This document shows positions 48,230-58,104 of a stretch of DNA of 64,000 bases, one piece after another. Both the position numbers and the translations under genes were made by a program. Within the stretch, counting starts at the first letter, position 1, and every line of letters begins with the position of its first letter. Origin of the DNA: Candidatus Latescibacterota bacterium (GTDB taxonomy: Bacteria; Latescibacterota; UBA2968; UBA8231); the NCBI GenBank assembly GCA_965206595.1, contig OZ242214.1, positions 6,240,001 through 6,304,000 on the forward strand, in the 5' to 3' direction. Under the pieces are notes generated by a model. That model was given only the letters and a program-made list of their open reading frames with translations, made no database searches and was not told the DNA's origin.

Positions 48230-48433
48230 GGGCCGGCAGCCCCTCCCCCTGGGGTATTTGAACGTTTTTGGTGGGTGCAGAAAGTGGGAGCTGCTGCGGT
48301 CAGCCGCCCGGCATTTCCAGCGGCGAGAACGGACGAGCGGCGCTGGAAATGATCATGGAGGTAAAACTTAGCACACAAAAAGGCATTAGAAACCGTGCTA
48401 CTTGGTCAAACATAACATAAGGAAACTGTCAAT

Positions 48434-49138
48434 TTGCAAAATTTAATTCAAAGCGGCCGCCTGCTGATTCCACTTTATCATGGTACTTCCACTGTTTTTT
48501 TGCATGGGATTTCACAACACGGACTGGGAGGGAGGAATCCCGTCAAGGACTGGAATCTTCTATGCCTCGCAAGCGAAGTATTGGCATTAAGTAAAGCACA
48601 CTTACAAGACGCTCCTCTGTATAAAGCGCGCAGTGAGACCTTTGAAAAAATGACAAAGCAGGAAATTCGCAGATGGAATTGGCAACATGGAGACACTTAT
48701 CTTTCTCCCGCAAAATCGACAGCTATAAGATACGCAATAGGTAAAAGATTTGGCTCAGAATTGCTGACATACACAGTGGACTTCCTTGAAGAACTTTACC
48801 GCCGAGAGGTGCCCGGAGTCAAAGATGATCTATTCCGTCGATATCCTGACGTTTTTGGCATTATGGAAGCATGTCCTTCACCCATCTTAATTGAGGCAAA
48901 CAATATACCTATCAAGTCGCTACAATCCGAGGATGGAAGTAATCCCGACTCAAACTTCAAACAGATGAATGATGTCCTACTCGATGGTGATAACAATGAA
49001 GAATTACTCTTGCAACAGACGAACTTTCGTCTGACTGGACCTGTTTCAACAGAAAATTTACGGTTCTGGTTAATCAACGTATTGCAGTGGCATCCCTGGA
49101 AACCTACTTATAAGCTTTACGAACTCACTGTATCATAG
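48434..49138 (+). CDS. AT-rich hypothetical protein with ADP-ribosyltransferase-like motifs
   Basis: LYHGTS, I..HGL, TYLS...AIRYA; TAAGGA RBS and TTG start; markedly lower GC than its flanks. Confidence 0.7.
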   Translation: MQNLIQSGRLLIPLYHGTSTVFLHGISQHGLGGRNPVKDWNLLCLASEVLALSKAHLQDAPLYKARSETFEKMTKQEIRRWNWQHGDTYLSPAKSTAIRYAIGKRFGSELLTYTVDFLEELYRREVPGVKDDLFRRYPDVFGIMEACPSPILIEANNIPIKSLQSEDGSNPDSNFKQMNDVLLDGDNNEELLLQQTNFRLTGPVSTENLRFWLINVLQWHPWKPTYKLYELTVS

Positions 49139-49476
49139 ATACAGCCTTTTAGATGTCCCAGAGTTAGTAAAACTGGACTATGGAAAAGCCCAGCTCGTAG
49201 TTTCAGATCGAGTATCAGGCGGACCGATACGTACAGCCCCAGCCGCTAACGGAACGCTGACCACGGACGGCCGGAGCGCCCGAGTGGGCCAGCACAGCGC
49301 CGGTCTCTTACTGGATTACGCCCAGGGGGTCCACCGGGGCCGGCCTGTGGCTTCGCGGCAACGAATGGGAAGGAATCTTCACACTCCCGTGCGCACCAAC
49401 CCAGTCATATAGCAAGTCCCCGGAATACAACCGCCGCGAGCACGGGTGGTCCGCCCATTGCTGTTTGGCCGGCACC

Positions 49477-49783
49477 ATGCTGGCCACCGCACCTGTCCGC
49501 ACGCCCGAGTACCGCCGCCGCGAACCGGAAAAAGAGCCCCTCTACCAGATCCTCGCCGGGCATCTGGAAACCTTTCTCCAGCACACCCGAACGTCCAAGC
49601 ACCAACTGCCGCTCCACGTGGAGAAGGAGATCCGCGCCTACCTCGAATGCGGCATTCTGGCCTACGGGTTCGTGCGCGCCCGGTGTGAGGACTACGGGAA
49701 GAGCCGGGCCGTTGCCTTTTCCTGCAAGAAGCGGGGGTTCTGCCCCTCGTGCAGCGGCCGGCGCATGGCCGATACGGCGGCGC
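49477..49783 (+). mobile_element. ISCR/IS91 family transposase, 5' fragment (zinc-binding domain)
   Basis: YRRREPE..LY...YLECGILAYGFVRARC...VAFSCKKRGFCPSC.GRRMADTAA, then abrupt loss of similarity. Confidence 0.85.
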
Positions 49784-49926
49784 CCTCAAATACCAGATTG
49801 CCCCCTGAAACGCGCGAAAATCCTTCACAACGGTGCTCGGAGCATGCCCGAACGATTCGGTGCGACGACAAACGATACATCAGGAACCCTGCCGAACCCT
49901 TGACAACAGTTTCAGCGAATTGATAC

Positions 49927-50162
49927 TACCTCCTATAATAGGTGTGGAGGTTTCGAGACAAGTGTATATCCAGCCGTGAGGGTCTCCCGTATGAGGGTAC
50001 CTGAGCACGTAAGATGCGCTTGCCTTGTTGGGGACCTGAAGCGATCCTGTCACCAGGGAGGCTGCTGGGGTTCGGCTGATGTTTCCTCGGGGCATCGTCC
50101 CCTGCGATATAGACTGTCGATGCCAGCATGTTGCACTTACCGCTTGACGGGACCCGGTTCCC
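49927..50162 (-). other. Putative IS110 non-coding left end (possible bridge-RNA region), inverted relative to the recombinase
   Basis: Non-coding; the minus strand ends in ATTATAGGAGG (RBS) with no ORF following; abuts an IS110 gene that lacks its 5' end. Confidence 0.35.
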
Positions 50163-51292
50163 TGATACGGCACCCCGGTGTTCCGCAACTTCGCCGTGCC
50201 CCACAGTCGCCAGGGCTTCGAGCAGTTGCTGGCCAAGGTAGCCGACACCGCCGCAGCCGATGCCATCCGTGTCGGCATGGAAGCCACCGTCACTACTGGA
50301 TGGTGCTGTTCGAAGCGATGACTCAGGCCGGGTACGCCGTCGGCAGTCCTCAATCCGCTGGTCATCGCCGCCCGACGCAATATCACCATTCGGGGCACCA
50401 AGACCGACCGTGTCGACTCCCATCTCATCGCCCTGGTGCTGCGCGAATCCCACGTGAAAGTGTGCGCCATCGCCGACGACCAGGTGCAACAGCTGCGAGA
50501 TCTCACGCGCTTGCGTTTCGAATGCGCTCAAACCGCTGTGGGCGAAAAGCAACGTCTCATCAGTCTTCTCGATCTGGCCTTCCCCGAGTATCAGGCCCCT
50601 TTCTCCGACCTCTTTGGCGCCTCCAGTCGCGCGGTGTTGGCTGAGTTTCCCACCGCCAAGCAGCTGGCTAAAGTCGACCTCCGCCGGCTGACCCGACTGC
50701 TCCGGGAAAGCAGCCGCGGGTGCTTCGGCCGAGCGCCGGCGCAACGACTCAAAGAAGCCGCCAAGAACTCGTGGGCCCTGAGCCGTCGAGCTGAGGCCCT
50801 GGCGATGGAGATCCGCTTCGTCGTGGAACGGCTCAATGTGCTCATCGATCAGATCCGCCAGCTGGAGAAGCGTTTCCAGACCCTCATGGTCGACCAGCAG
50901 AAGCTGTTGCAAACCATTCCCGGCCTGGGAAAGGTGTGGGCACCCACCGTCCTCGCCGAGATCCTGCCCGTCTTTCAGCCCGACAGCAAGCACGGCGCCC
51001 GTACGTTGGTTGCCACCGCAGGCGTCGATGTGCGCCTCACCGAAAGCGGCGACAAGAAGGGATACGGAAAAGGTCAAAGCGGGGCAGTCGATATCTGCGC
51101 ACCGCGGTCATGCAGGCGGCTGAAATCGCCGTCTTTCGCAGCCACGATCCACTCTTCAGCGAGGTCTACAAACGACAGAAAGATCGTGGCAAGTACCACA
51201 TGGTAGCGCTGACACATGTCGCCAACAAGATGTTACACGTGATCTTCTCGGTCTTGAAGAACGACAGGCCCTACACCCCAATACTCACGTAA
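50163..51292 (+). pseudogene. IS110 family recombinase/transposase, 5'-truncated and frameshifted
   Basis: VGMEAT(G)HYW, VLNPL, TKTDRVD (DEDD domain), LQTIPGLG, TESG, SKRGSRYLR; shifts near 50288, 50340 and 51070. Confidence 0.88.
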
Positions 51293-51491
51293 CGTGAACC
51301 ATAGATAAAATGCCCACGATCGGTGCTGACTGTTTACCGCTTGTCTATACTTTGACAGGCCTGAAACAACTTGCTAAGTAACATCGGTGGAGGGAAGCTA
51401 CCATGGATTACCCCAGCCAATGGCACTTGACGACCGAATCGGGGGCCGACTTGAGCCGTCCGCGAGGGGGCGGGGAGGGTTTCCCTGAGAA

Positions 51492-54400
51492 ATGACTGGT
51501 GATCTCTTCACATCTGGATTTGGCCAGGAAGCTGATCCTAAGGGCGATGCCGCCCGGCAAGCAGTCAATGCGCTACGTGGATTCGATTACCAAGTTGTAG
51601 CGGCCACTCTCGCATGGGTGGACTTGGAAGAAAGTGGACGTCTGTACCTCGAAGTCGCGGAGGACTATGCCACCATTGCAGAGCAGGCAATTCGGGCAGT
51701 CCAAGTCAAGGATACGCAGGCATCAGGGTCCGTCACTCTGAACAGCCAAGACATCAAGAGTGCAATCAAAGGCTTTGTACATCTTGTGGAGATCAATCCC
51801 GACTATTCCGTACACCTTCGGTACTTCACGACTGCGAGAATTGGACTTGAGAGAGGGATTTGCAATCCCTTCGGGGGAATGCCGGGCTTGGAATTCTGGA
51901 AGTCAGCCGCTCGACCATCTGCGAGTGTGGACCCTCTGCGGTCACTATTGGAGAGCAGTCGGTTTCCAGAACCGGTACGACGGTTTTGCAGCAGTCGCGA
52001 CGACGCAAGCCTCCGGAGGGATCTATTGGCCCGGATCCATTGGGATTGTGGCAAGCCGGGCATTGGGACGCTGCGGGAAGAATTGGAGGCCCGGCTGATC
52101 GTGGTCGGGCGGGACCACTTCGGGCTGCCCGATTCGGAAGCGAGAGGGCTAATGGGTCCCCTAATTCTAAAGGTCTTGACAAGGAGTACTGTCCCCGATG
52201 CAGACGCACGGTTCCTTACACGGGCTCAACTCTATACAGCGATCGACGATGCGACTCGCTATTCGGTACAACGCTCCACACTGGAGGCGCTTGTCCAGGC
52301 GACGGCGGGAGTAGCGCCATCCATACGCCAGGGTCTCGAAGGCAACTTTCCTACATCCATTTCAGAGACGGGTTGGCTCATCACGGGCTCGAGTCTGCCT
52401 GCCCTTGAGAGGATGATTCCGCGACCAGTCATACAATCCGCTGTGGCCAAAGCTCTCGCGGAGTTTGGGGTCGGTGTCCTTGTGGGCAGCAGTGGCGTTG
52501 GTAAGTCGGTCGTTGCGAGGGCGGTTGCCGGTAGTCACGGGGCCGGATTCTACTTGGTAGACTTGCAGGGTACTGGTGTAGGTGAGAAACGTAAATGGTT
52601 AGACATGCTCTTTGCCCGGATAGGGGGGCTGGGCCCTTCCTCACTTATTCTTGACAATCTAAATCACATCGACCCAGGTGTCGTGTTGTCTCTCGCACGT
52701 CTCCTTGAAGCTGGGCGCAGGCATCATTGTGAGGTCCTGATGACCTGTTATCACATGCCTTCCCAAGAAATGCTGGGGCAGTTGGGGCTTGACGCAAATT
52801 GCATTGTTCACTCCCCGCACTTCTCCGAAGAGGAGACGTTTGCGCTCGTCCATATGTACGGAGGAGACACGGACAGATGGGGACGGCTGGCCTACGTTGC
52901 AGGTGGTGGTGGCCACCCCCAACTCACCCACGCATTCATTCGCGGGATGGCATCTAGGCGGTGGCCAATTGAGGAAATTGGAGAAATCCTTAGTCAGGGC
53001 CTTTCCTCCCCGGACCTTCTAGCCACCCGGGATGAAGCTAGGAGGAAAGTAGCCTCCGTGCTTCCACCGGAGACTAGGGATCTGCTATATCGTCTCAGCA
53101 TTACGATCGGTCGGTTTGATCGGTCCTTAGCTCTCAAGATTGCGAGCATCAGTCCACCTCTGAGTCGGGCCGGCGAGAGTATTGACCAACTTGTGGGGCC
53201 CTGGCTTGAGAGATCGGGTGCGAATGTGTTGCGGGTTTCCCCACTTGCGAGTCAATTCGGGCAGGAGATGCTGGAGGTTTCTGAGCAGGAGCTTATCCAC
53301 AAGACTATCGCAGAGGAGATGGTAAAGAGGGGCCGAGGTAGTGCGGATGATATGAATGTCATCCTCGTCCACGCGATTGCGGGCAAATCGGCAGAAGGCA
53401 TACGGGCAATTGCTACGGCTGTGCTGACCGCTGATCCTCGTACGCAGGAGAAACTTGCAGAGCTCTTTCTGTTACACTCTTACCGCACGGATAGGCAGAT
53501 TTACGCAGGGGATCCCGTAGGGTCTCACCTGCTTCGTGTCGCCCAATTCAAACTGACTGCAGCCGCTGGCGATTGGGAGAGGCTCCCAAAGGTCGTGGAC
53601 GCCCTCATTGATCAAACCAATGAACTACCCTGTGGCGACGAGGGGAAAGCCTTGGAGTCCTTTGGTACAGCCAGTGTCCTGAGCACTATGGCAGTCGGGA
53701 ACTATCTCGAAGACTGGCTCGAACTCCTTGTGGGATATGTGAATTCACAGGGAAAAAACGAGTATGTGCGGGCTACTTTGGCGGCCGTGGGGGATGGTAT
53801 AGGTGGAGTCGGAGCAGCCGCCTTGTTTAGCTTCGGAAGTATGGACTTGAAAACCGTAGAACGACTTGAGAAGGTCATCAATGAGCTCGACAGGGTCGAA
53901 CCCCAGCTCCGACGCCTCTTGCTGACCCCGGTTGATGCAACCTTCTCCGATTACTCTTTATTGATAAACCGTCCGTGGCAATTGCAGGAGAGCCAGGAGC
54001 TCGATGCTCTGGACGCTGCAATGCGCTACGAACGGATGGCAGCGAAGACGAGATCCTGGGATATTCAAGCCTTGGCCCTGCAGTGTTCTAAGGCTCAAGC
54101 GATCATGCTAGATGAGTACTTGAACGATAGAGATGGTGCCTTGGAGGTCCTTCGTGAGGCCGAAGCAACTCTGGGCAAGGATCCGATCATTACTAGGACC
54201 ATTGCAGGGATATATCATCGACATGGCGAACATCGGGAAGCCGTGGCGGCTTTTCGTGAAATCGTGGATGAAGTTGGTAGCGATAGTGAAACTGAGCGGG
54301 CGTTTGCCCTCCGTGAGGCGGCAATCAGCGCGGCTCTGTGTGGAGAGTGGCCGGAGAGCGAGAGATTGTTCGTTGAGGCGGAGACAGCCGCCTCTGCTGC

Positions 54401-55571
54401 TGATGGCGAGGACATGCAGGTGATGGCAGTCGGCTTGTGTGGTGATGCGGCGGTGGCTGCATTTCGGGCGGGGGATACCGCCCAAGCATTAGCCCGGCTT
54501 GATAGGGCTCTATGTGACTTAGGGGAGATCGACTTAGGTGCGAGCTTTCGCGCCGCATACTGCCACCGAGTGATCCGTCATGCCGTGCTTTGGCTGAAGT
54601 CACAGATCAAGGGTTCGAGTCAATCGGCGAGTGGGAGCCCGGTCAGAATGGAGGTGGGTGCCTGCAGTAATCCAGTGCCACCTGCGACAGGAGACCTTCC
54701 GCTCGTCCATATCGATTGCGTGTGGTACCTCCTAGTTGAGGCGGAGACACTATCACGCGAGGATGTTGGAATCGCATCAAGACTGGACGAACGGCTAATT
54801 GATGGTCCGATTATTACCCAGGAGATTTACATACGTAGGGAGAGAATGTTAGGCGATGTCCAACGCCTGGATGCCGTGGGATTCTCGAAGGGTTTGGTGG
54901 AGTACGTGGAGGCAGGGGTTTATTGGGCGGAGAATCGAAGCGAGCTTGAAGAGGAGGATGGGGAAATTGAGCCAAGAAGGGGGGAGGTACCAACTCTGGA
55001 CGATCCCGGGCGTGTCGATCCCCATGCTGAACGGTTTGCGAGGACGGCCATTCTAGCGTATTGCATCCAATCGGTCATTGGGGGTAAGGCCGAGGCTCTG
55101 GAGCATTTTGAGGATGCGTTACGTGAAAGATTCAAGGGAGAGTTTTGGGGCATGGCGGTACTCGATTCTGTTCTTGATCAGTCAGCCGATGAGTTCGAGG
55201 ATGCTGGCCCGTTGGAGGAAACGGTGTGCACGATCCTTAGAAGGCTAAGGCAAGTAGAACACGTGCGGCCGAGGGAGTTCTGGATGGCGGGGCTACGCCT
55301 GCATGAGTGGATTAGTCAATCGGATTTTGAGAATCTCCTCCGGCCTACCCTTGCTAGGTGGATGAAAGTAGGCTGGGAAGGGATACTGGCTCAAGAGTCG
55401 TTTGATCTCCTGACGCCGAATCTAACTGTGCCGCCTGTCAGAGAAGTGCTGCGTAGGTGGGCAGATGACGGGGCCTCGGCAGCAAGACTGATTCTTTCAA
55501 CCTCGGAGGCGGTGGGATGTTCTCTGGAGGAATCATATCGAGAGCTCCTCTCGACAATGGCTCGAGAGTAG
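51492..55571 (+). CDS. Cap4/DUF4297-like nuclease - STAND NTPase - helical (TPR-like) protein, Avs/NLR-like putative antiphage effector
   Basis: N-terminal ALRGFDYQ...LEVAED...VQVKD; Walker A GSSGVGKS (aa 332-339), Walker B LILDN, GHPQL (aa 474), winged-helix-like VSPL; long helical C-terminus. Confidence 0.8.
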   Translation: MTGDLFTSGFGQEADPKGDAARQAVNALRGFDYQVVAATLAWVDLEESGRLYLEVAEDYATIAEQAIRAVQVKDTQASGSVTLNSQDIKSAIKGFVHLVEINPDYSVHLRYFTTARIGLERGICNPFGGMPGLEFWKSAARPSASVDPLRSLLESSRFPEPVRRFCSSRDDASLRRDLLARIHWDCGKPGIGTLREELEARLIVVGRDHFGLPDSEARGLMGPLILKVLTRSTVPDADARFLTRAQLYTAIDDATRYSVQRSTLEALVQATAGVAPSIRQGLEGNFPTSISETGWLITGSSLPALERMIPRPVIQSAVAKALAEFGVGVLVGSSGVGKSVVARAVAGSHGAGFYLVDLQGTGVGEKRKWLDMLFARIGGLGPSSLILDNLNHIDPGVVLSLARLLEAGRRHHCEVLMTCYHMPSQEMLGQLGLDANCIVHSPHFSEEETFALVHMYGGDTDRWGRLAYVAGGGGHPQLTHAFIRGMASRRWPIEEIGEILSQGLSSPDLLATRDEARRKVASVLPPETRDLLYRLSITIGRFDRSLALKIASISPPLSRAGESIDQLVGPWLERSGANVLRVSPLASQFGQEMLEVSEQELIHKTIAEEMVKRGRGSADDMNVILVHAIAGKSAEGIRAIATAVLTADPRTQEKLAELFLLHSYRTDRQIYAGDPVGSHLLRVAQFKLTAAAGDWERLPKVVDALIDQTNELPCGDEGKALESFGTASVLSTMAVGNYLEDWLELLVGYVNSQGKNEYVRATLAAVGDGIGGVGAAALFSFGSMDLKTVERLEKVINELDRVEPQLRRLLLTPVDATFSDYSLLINRPWQLQESQELDALDAAMRYERMAAKTRSWDIQALALQCSKAQAIMLDEYLNDRDGALEVLREAEATLGKDPIITRTIAGIYHRHGEHREAVAAFREIVDEVGSDSETERAFALREAAISAALCGEWPESERLFVEAETAASAADGEDMQVMAVGLCGDAAVAAFRAGDTAQALARLDRALCDLGEIDLGASFRAAYCHRVIRHAVLWLKSQIKGSSQSASGSPVRMEVGACSNPVPPATGDLPLVHIDCVWYLLVEAETLSREDVGIASRLDERLIDGPIITQEIYIRRERMLGDVQRLDAVGFSKGLVEYVEAGVYWAENRSELEEEDGEIEPRRGEVPTLDDPGRVDPHAERFARTAILAYCIQSVIGGKAEALEHFEDALRERFKGEFWGMAVLDSVLDQSADEFEDAGPLEETVCTILRRLRQVEHVRPREFWMAGLRLHEWISQSDFENLLRPTLARWMKVGWEGILAQESFDLLTPNLTVPPVREVLRRWADDGASAARLILSTSEAVGCSLEESYRELLSTMARE

Positions 55572-55613
55572 CAGGATCAACGAGAGTCTGAAAGGACGAT
55601 GAGGCTGTCCTCC

Positions 55614-56702
55614 CTAGTGTCCTGTCGCAGAGATTCGTTCACAAAGTCTCTTGATTTTGGCGAGGATGGAATCCGCCGTAGCCGTCCAGACGAAAGGGTG
55701 TGCGTTGGCGTTCCATTTGGCCGTGTAGCGTTCGATTCGCTCGATGAGCTCCGACACCTTGCGGAACGAATCGCGCCGAACCGCCTGGCGGGTGAGGATA
55801 TTGAACCAGATCTCCACCTGATTGAGCCACGAAGCATACGTGGGAGTGTAGTGAAGGTGAAATCGGGGACGCCGTGCCAGCCATCGCTTGACCTTGGCAT
55901 GCTTATGCGTGGCGTAGTTGTCGACGACGAGATGAATATCGAGGTCAGCGGGCACGTTGGCCTCGATGTGGCGCAGGAACTGGAGGAACTCCTGGTGACG
56001 ATGACGGGGCTTGCACTGGGTCATCACTTCCCCGGTGGCGATGTCCAGGGCGGCAAACAGGGTGGTGGTGCCGTGCCGCTTGTAGTCGTGCGTAATCCCT
56101 TCCACGTATCCCAGTCCCAGGGGCAGCATGGGCTGACTTCGTTCCAACGCCTGGATCTGGCTCTTCTCGTCCACGCACAGCACCAGGGCGTGCTCGGGGG
56201 GATTCAGGTACAAGCCGACGATATCCCGTACTTTGTCGACAAAGAAAGGATCGGTGGAAAGCTTGAAGCGCTTGTGTCGATGGGGCTGCAAACCATACGT
56301 GCGCCAAATGCGATGAACCGCGTCCTTGGTCAGGCCGGTTTCTTCGCCCATGGAGCGCACCGACCACTGTGTTTCGTCTTTGGGCTTGGTCTTCAGGGTC
56401 TTGTATACCACCTCGGCTACCTGCTCGTCCGTGATCGATCGCGGCGCCCCTGAACGTAGTTCATCATACAAGCCATTGAGTCCGTTGTCGAGAAAACGCC
56501 GGCGCCATTTGCCCACCGTAGCTCGCGTCACACCCACCGCGGAAGCGACCGCTTCATTGGGCCAGCCATCGGCGGCCAGCAGCACCATCTCGGCTCGCCG
56601 CACCAATCCGTGGGGAAGACTTCGTGATTTGGCCATCGATTCCAGTCGTTCCCGGTCCGACGGACTCAGCTCTAACGGCGTTAATGGACGCCCCGTCACC
56701 AT
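55614..56702 (-). CDS. IS630 family transposase, intact
   Basis: HTH region, [34 protein letters not shown]; the stop uses the TA target site. Confidence 0.95.
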   Translation of the reverse strand: MVTGRPLTPLELSPSDRERLESMAKSRSLPHGLVRRAEMVLLAADGWPNEAVASAVGVTRATVGKWRRRFLDNGLNGLYDELRSGAPRSITDEQVAEVVYKTLKTKPKDETQWSVRSMGEETGLTKDAVHRIWRTYGLQPHRHKRFKLSTDPFFVDKVRDIVGLYLNPPEHALVLCVDEKSQIQALERSQPMLPLGLGYVEGITHDYKRHGTTTLFAALDIATGEVMTQCKPRHRHQEFLQFLRHIEANVPADLDIHLVVDNYATHKHAKVKRWLARRPRFHLHYTPTYASWLNQVEIWFNILTRQAVRRDSFRKVSELIERIERYTAKWNANAHPFVWTATADSILAKIKRLCERISATGH

Positions 56703-56783
56703 AGGTCTCTCCTTTCAGAAGGGGGATAAGGGAAACCTACGGCACTTTCAATTGTTTGTACAGTTAATTACACGACATGACAC
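55617..56783 (-). mobile_element. IS630 family insertion sequence (1167 bp)
   Basis: IRs GTGTCCTGTCG / CGACATGACAC flanked by TA duplications (55615-16, 56784-85). Confidence 0.93.
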
Positions 56784-56887
56784 TAGCTGCGGGACTCTTA
56801 ACAGGCTGCGGTAGTAATGGGAAGCGTCCACTGAAAAACCCTCGCAGCGCCGCGGAGAGAGAGGGTCAGTGGCGAGAGAAACAAGGC

Positions 56888-57322
56888 TTATGACTCCGGG
56901 AACATCTCAAGTTGATTCTCTGGGTTGCTCGGGGATTGGTTCATCCTGGATTCGTGTCGGGGACGGTCCGAGCCCTGGACGCCCCGAGAGCTGTTTGGGC
57001 CTCGGTCAGCCTTAACTTCCCGCATAGTGGGAGGCCGATGCCTACCACCATCCGCCGGTAGGGGGGCGGACTGGTCCTCATCCGGAGTGCCCCAAAGCAA
57101 GCCAGGATGAGGGATTCGGTAATACCCGTCGTCCTCCTTCCTTGTTGCCTTTGGTTTTGCCGGGTCCATCGTCTCCTCAAACCGTCCCTTCGCCCCCTCC
57201 AGATACGCTTCAACCAGCTCCGCGCATATCCATCTGCGCCCGAGACGCTCAGCAACCTCTCCAGTGACGCAGCTCCCGGCGAAGGGGTCGAAGACAATAT
57301 CCCGCGGGTCGGTTACCATGCG
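56888..57322 (-). pseudogene. N4/N6 DNA methyltransferase C-terminal remnant
   Basis: TDPRDIVFDPFAGSCVTGEVAERLGRRWICAEL (motif I at the C-terminus, beta class); the catalytic N-terminal part is replaced by ISCR sequence. Confidence 0.8.
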
Positions 57323-58104
57323 GCTTTTCCCTGCATGCGGCAACGCGGATCGCAGGCCCTGACCGGCGCGGGCTCGAACGCTTGTGCCGCTACGTGGCCC
57401 GGCCGGCCCTGGCGGGAGGGCGTCTGCGCATTCTCGATGCCGACCCTCTTTCCTTCGCGCTCAAAACGCCGTGGTCGGATGGGACCCGCCCTCTCCTGCT
57501 GTCTCCGATGGAACTGCTGGAGAAGCGGGCGGCTCTGGTTCCCCCCGCCCCGGTTTCATCTCCTGCGCTACCACGGGGTCCTGGCGCCCCGGGCCCGGGC
57601 CCGCGAGCGCATCGTGCCGGCCCAGCCGGTTGCCGAGCCGGCCGCGCGGCGGACGGCTCGGCGAGCCCTGCGTCCTGCGGCCATCGGCTGCGGTGGGCGA
57701 CCCTGCTGGCGCGGGTGTTTTCCTCCGACCTCAGCCAATGCGCGGCCTGTGGCCGGCGCCTGCGGATCGTCGCCGCCCTGACCGATCCGACCTCGATCCG
57801 GATCTATCTGGAGGGGGTAGGGCTGCCGGCGATGCCCCCGCCGAGGGCCCCGCCTGAGCCGCTGTTCGAGTTCGCCGCCTGACCTCCTCCGTGATTCGCT
57901 CCCGGCGCCGGGCCTACGGAGGGGTATGCCCTCAACAGTCCCTCAGGCCCCGGATTGATCCGGATACGGGCCGACAGGCAACTAAACTGTACTGCGAACT
58001 CGGTCGAAGGACGGGCAAACGATCCTCCGGGAGCTGCCGGACCCTGGCGGTGCGCTGTCCGCCTTGACCGAGAGTTCAAAAAAGGTGCCTCATTTTTCCT
58101 ATAC
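57319..58104 (+). mobile_element. ISCR/IS91 family element, 3' fragment including oriIS
   Basis: GFSLHAA...LERLCRYVARP...PWSDGT...PPPRFHLLRYHGVLAP...CAACG; frameshift at C6 (57541); ends ...TTTTTCCTATAC. Confidence 0.88.
58085..58104 (+). other. ISCR oriIS
   Basis: TTCCTATAC matches the conserved ISCR oriIS end, about 220 bp after the transposase stop; an unrelated truncated gene starts immediately after. Confidence 0.7.

Noticed and set aside
48230-49470. Integron cassette around the AT-rich ORF
   Set aside because: No convincing attC (RYYYAAC...GTTRRRY) pair and no integrase in the window
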